This document shows positions 60,694 to 64,000 of a stretch of 64,000 bases of DNA, piece by piece; position 1 is the stretch's first letter; every line of letters begins with the position of its first letter. Source of the DNA: Desulfomonilaceae bacterium (lineage in GTDB: Bacteria; Desulfobacterota; Desulfomonilia; Desulfomonilales; Desulfomonilaceae). The stretch spans positions 481,402 through 545,401 of the forward strand of contig CAXXIU010000005.1 in NCBI GenBank assembly GCA_963675835.2, read 5' to 3'. The translations under genes and the position numbers were made by a program. The notes beneath the pieces were generated by a model. It ran no database searches. It saw only the letters and a program-made list of their open reading frames with translations, and had not been told where the DNA came from.

Positions 60694-61188
60694 ATGGCAT
60701 GGATATTGAGCCGTTTGTCTTTTCTGCTGAATTGGATCGCGGCATGGTGTCTGGTCGGCATGTTGGTGTTGACCTGCGCAGATATCGTGCTGCGCCTATT
60801 CAGACACCCGATTCTGGGAACCTATGAAGTGGTCGGCCTTCTCGGAGCGATCGCAGCGGCCTTCGCCCTAGCCCAAACTACAATCAAGGGTGGGCACGTT
60901 GCCGTGCAGATCCTGGTTCGAAAGCTCCCTCGTGTACTGCAGAAAGCTATATTTCTGGTTACCCAGATCATGGGCATGGTCTTGTTCGCTCTGCTTTCCT
61001 GGGAAAGCGTTCGATACGGAGCCGACCTGAAAAAAGCAGGTGAAGTTTCCATGACCCTGGAGATACCCTTTTACCCAGTGCTTTACGGCATAGCGGCATG
61101 TGCAGCTCTTACGTGCCTGGTGCTCGGCCTTGACCTGCTGCGGGTGGCGACCGGCCGGGCGGAACCATGGCCGGAATGGGAGAGCTGA
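60694..61188 (+). CDS. dctQ: TRAP transporter small permease (DctQ family)
   Basis: 164 aa with four TM segments, located between the dctP and dctM genes. Confidence 0.8.
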   Translation: MAWILSRLSFLLNWIAAWCLVGMLVLTCADIVLRLFRHPILGTYEVVGLLGAIAAAFALAQTTIKGGHVAVQILVRKLPRVLQKAIFLVTQIMGMVLFALLSWESVRYGADLKKAGEVSMTLEIPFYPVLYGIAACAALTCLVLGLDLLRVATGRAEPWPEWES

Positions 61189-61272
61189 TACACTAGGCGA
61201 TCACACTTCGCCATGGCCTACTGCACCCTTGGAAGCGGTCCGGTCTTTTGCGGGACAGCGAGGAATTATATT

Positions 61273-62574
61273 GTGGATCCCATAACCGCTGGAATCGTCG
61301 GACTAATCGTTCTTATCGCCCTTCTTTTCACCCGGATGCCTGTCGGCTTCGTAATGGCATTTGTCGGGCTTCTCGGATTCTCGTATCTTGCAACCTTTGA
61401 CGCGGGATTGCGGGTTCTGGCCAAGGATTTCTTCGCCATTTTCGGCTCGTACAATCTCACGGTGGTTCCACTCTTCATTCTGATGGGCCAGATTGCTTTC
61501 CACTCGGGTATCAGCGGCAGGCTCTATAGAACGGCGTACATGTTTCTGGGGCATCTCCCGGGAGGTCTGGCCGTTGCCACCATCGGGGCGTGCGCGGGAT
61601 TTGCCGCCATCTGCGGGTCGACCAATGCCGCCGCTGCTACCATGGCCACTGTGGCACTGCCTGAAATGAAGAAATACAACTACGATATGGAATTGGCCAC
61701 CGGCGCCGTGGCAGCGGGCGGCAGTTTGGGAATCCTTATCCCGCCGAGTGTGATCCTTATCATTTACGGAATACTGACGGAGCAGTCCATAGGTAAGCTC
61801 TTCGCTGCGGGCATCTTACCGGGGATTCTACTTGCCGCACTCTTCGTTGTTACAATCTATTTCCGGGTCCGGCTGCGGCCGGAAATGGGGCCTCCCGGTC
61901 CACGGCGAACATTTCCGGAAAAGATACGCTCTCTCTCAGGGGCTGCAGAGATGCTCTTACTCTTTGCATTGGTCATGGGCGGTCTCTTCATGGGCTTCTT
62001 CACCCCAACCGAAGCCGGCGCGGCAGGAGCCGGTTTTACTCTTCTGCTTGCGGCAGCGCGGAGGCAACTGGAGTGGAGACAATTTTTGACCGCCATCATC
62101 GAGACGGTCCGTACATCATGCATGGTATTTGTGATCGTTGCAGGAGCCCTGGTCTTTGGACATTTTCTGGCTGTGACAAGAATCCCATTCGCACTGGCCG
62201 ACTGGGTGGGAGGGCTGCCTCTGCCACCATGGGCAATCATGCTGGTGATTGTCTCGATCTATCTCGCGGGCGGCTGTTTCATGGACGCTCTTGGAATGAT
62301 ACTGCTCACCATTCCCATATTCTTCCCAGTGGCCGTAAGCCTCGGGTACGATCCGATCTGGTTTGGGGTTGTCATTGTGCTTATCACCGAGATGGGAGTG
62401 ATCACACCACCGGTAGGCATCAACGTGTACGTGGTCAGCGGTGTGGCCAAAGACGTTCCGTTGGAGGTCATATTCAAGGGGATCTTTCCGTTTCTCATTG
62501 CCCTCATCATCTGCAACGCAATCCTTATCACGTTCCCGGAAATTGCGCTTTGGCTCCCCAATCTGATGGAATGA
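61273..62574 (+). CDS. dctM: TRAP transporter large permease (DctM family)
   Basis: Polytopic permease of about 433 aa. A GTG start at 61273 with GAGGA upstream is preferred. The ATG at 61213 is the longest-ORF alternative. Confidence 0.88.
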   Translation: MDPITAGIVGLIVLIALLFTRMPVGFVMAFVGLLGFSYLATFDAGLRVLAKDFFAIFGSYNLTVVPLFILMGQIAFHSGISGRLYRTAYMFLGHLPGGLAVATIGACAGFAAICGSTNAAAATMATVALPEMKKYNYDMELATGAVAAGGSLGILIPPSVILIIYGILTEQSIGKLFAAGILPGILLAALFVVTIYFRVRLRPEMGPPGPRRTFPEKIRSLSGAAEMLLLFALVMGGLFMGFFTPTEAGAAGAGFTLLLAAARRQLEWRQFLTAIIETVRTSCMVFVIVAGALVFGHFLAVTRIPFALADWVGGLPLPPWAIMLVIVSIYLAGGCFMDALGMILLTIPIFFPVAVSLGYDPIWFGVVIVLITEMGVITPPVGINVYVVSGVAKDVPLEVIFKGIFPFLIALIICNAILITFPEIALWLPNLME

Positions 62575-62646
62575 CCAAATCGACAACCAACCAGGAGCCT
62601 ACAGGGAGAGAGCGCGGTACGTCATGGCGGCATTCATGAAAACCGG

Positions 62647-63066
62647 TCAACAGCGTTTGGCCCTGACCTTCTCCGCGAAAAGTCTTGCGTGGGGAGTTCT
62701 AAAACGTACTTCCACGGTTCCGGACATGTCGTCGCTGAAATCTCCCGACTCAAACGAGAAATACAGGCAGGTATCGTCTTCAGCCGTGCAATTGAGCCTC
62801 TCCACCCGGGGATCGTCGAACGGTACATTGATGATTTGTCGGGAGTAGGCGAACGCAATGACGCGCTTGTTGGTAAACGCCACCGAACCCGAGAACCAAC
62901 TCTTGCGCCAAGAGTGACGCCTGCCGGGTGCCTTGAATTTTCGCAAAATAACCGAACCGCCGATTCCTTCGTCGAAGAGAACAAGTCCCTCCGACTCGAG
63001 TACGGCTCGATGATCCTTGGGTATACGCCCTATTCCGAAGAGGCGATAGAGTATGGTTTTTTCCAT
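62647..63066 (-). CDS. hypothetical protein
   Basis: 139-aa ORF with balanced, globular-looking composition (MEKTILYRLFGIGRIPKDHRAVLESEGLVLFDEG...). No family recognised. Confidence 0.4.
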   Translation of the reverse strand: MEKTILYRLFGIGRIPKDHRAVLESEGLVLFDEGIGGSVILRKFKAPGRRHSWRKSWFSGSVAFTNKRVIAFAYSRQIINVPFDDPRVERLNCTAEDDTCLYFSFESGDFSDDMSGTVEVRFRTPHARLFAEKVRAKRC

Positions 63067-63209
63067 TGAGTCATGCTCGCAATGATGTCCCCGAGGAAGA
63101 CGCTCCGTAAGACCAATGCCTGCCGACCGGCCTCAAATCTCCTTGACGATGAACGGTTGCCCTGCTATCCTTGATTCGATTATTCACCGATAGCCGTCGG
63201 GGGTGTGGT

Positions 63210-63482
63210 TTGACGAAACTGGTCGTCAGAGTTGTTGTTATAGTCTTGGCTCTCTCAATTCCCGTGATGTGCCTTGCAGGAGGCCCGGGAGACCGGCGAA
63301 TGCCTCCGTTGGACCCTGCACTCATGGGGTTTCTTGAGCAAGGGGTGTGGTATTTCCCATGCACGGCCCCAGAGTATCTGTTTCGGATTGCGCCGCGCTT
63401 CCAAACCTATGGTCCTCCTCCGCCGCCGTGCTGCCCGGTTCCGTGCGCTCCCGTGCGTCCGCCGGTTAAGCTGAAACGGTGA
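63210..63482 (+). CDS. small secreted Pro/Cys-rich hypothetical protein
   Basis: Signal-like TKLVVRVVVIVLALSIPVMCLAGG. The C-terminus is YGPPPPPCCPVPCAPVRPPVKLKR. The start is uncertain (TTG 63210 or 63171). Confidence 0.3.
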   Translation: MTKLVVRVVVIVLALSIPVMCLAGGPGDRRMPPLDPALMGFLEQGVWYFPCTAPEYLFRIAPRFQTYGPPPPPCCPVPCAPVRPPVKLKR

Positions 63483-63701
63483 ACACCCGGAAGAGTGGAT
63501 AAGCCCGCGCCCGGGAGAGCACGAAGTTGTCTGCCGGCAGGTCGTTTCTTAAAGACTCTCGACCCGGCCCTCTCCCAGAGGCGAAGGAGCAAGCCGACTT
63601 GGCTCCTTGAGAAATGCTAACGCAATTATGATCCGATGTACCGTTTCTTGGCCGCTTCCAAGACGGATGTGGTCGATTTCGGATGTCGGTGGAACGGAAC
63701 C

Positions 63702-63941
63702 ATGAAAATCAGGATACTCGTCGTCATGCTGGCCATATCAATGCTCTGTCCGTCCTTTTCGCACGGATTCGGACTGCTCCGGTACGTGTTTGACGGTATT
63801 TCCAATCAGCTGGGACTCGACCGCGGGCCCATACCCAAGGTTCCCCCCGCACCTAAGATTCCGCCGTGCGGTCCCAACGGTCAACCGCTCGGGAAGAATG
63901 TCGACCCGGGAAGGATTTACATCCAGGCGGAAGGCTTCTGA
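63702..63941 (+). CDS. small secreted Pro-rich hypothetical protein
   Basis: MKIRILVVMLAISMLCPSFSHG signal peptide, then ...GPIPKVPPAPKIPPCGPNGQPLG. Confidence 0.4.
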   Translation: MKIRILVVMLAISMLCPSFSHGFGLLRYVFDGISNQLGLDRGPIPKVPPAPKIPPCGPNGQPLGKNVDPGRIYIQAEGF

Positions 63942-64000
63942 AGGCAGGCTCCCTCTAGTCAAAAAACTCCTTTATCTTTAATATGATATAGCTTTTCTGC

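Overview
This is a 64-kb chromosomal window, moderately GC-rich by eye, and it looks like it comes from a sulfate/sulfite-reducing Deltaproteobacteria-type (Thermodesulfobacteriota) genome. The evidence for that is an intact reductive-type dsrA-dsrB-dsrD locus (34.4-37.1 kb) and two tandem DsrN/CbiA-type amidase genes (41.6-44.6 kb). Most of the rest is housekeeping or metabolic: an acyl-CoA ligase, carB, a MATE pump, two HIT proteins, a hybrid PAS histidine kinase, an NDP-forming acyl-CoA synthetase domain protein, a radical-SAM/DUF2344 gene followed by an RNase E/G family gene, a MerR regulator plus acyl-CoA dehydrogenase, a DinG-like helicase, an Mla/MCE-like ABC transport operon, a response regulator followed by glgC, pyk, a TlpA-like thioredoxin and a TRAP transporter. 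A small accessory patch (21.2-26.3 kb) carries a vapBC pair, an IS110-family transposase, a higBA-like pair, a 5'-truncated ISAzo13-like transposase fragment, and an orphan vapB whose vapC is cut off after about 30 codons. The main things worth a second look are listed here. (1) A structured, MITE-like repeat family of about 200-320 nt has three copies. One sits exactly between a stop codon and the next gene's start, and one splits a cyclase-family gene. Two copies are bracketed by 7-8-nt direct repeats with an ATGAAC core. (2) A second intergenic repeat family has three copies. One lies next to the IS110 element and one is itself interrupted by a 237-nt element with 35-nt terminal inverted repeats. 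(3) A 1148-aa Lon-type AAA+ protease has a non-canonical N-terminal domain carrying an HExxH motif and an uncharacterised C-terminal extension of about 230 aa. (4) glgC, an alpha/beta hydrolase gene and pyk carry a dense cluster of homopolymer-associated frameshifts, and there are three isolated frameshifts elsewhere. These are probably sequence errors, but that needs checking. I found no rRNA, tRNA or CRISPR array by eye. All family assignments come from motif recognition in the supplied translations, not from searches.
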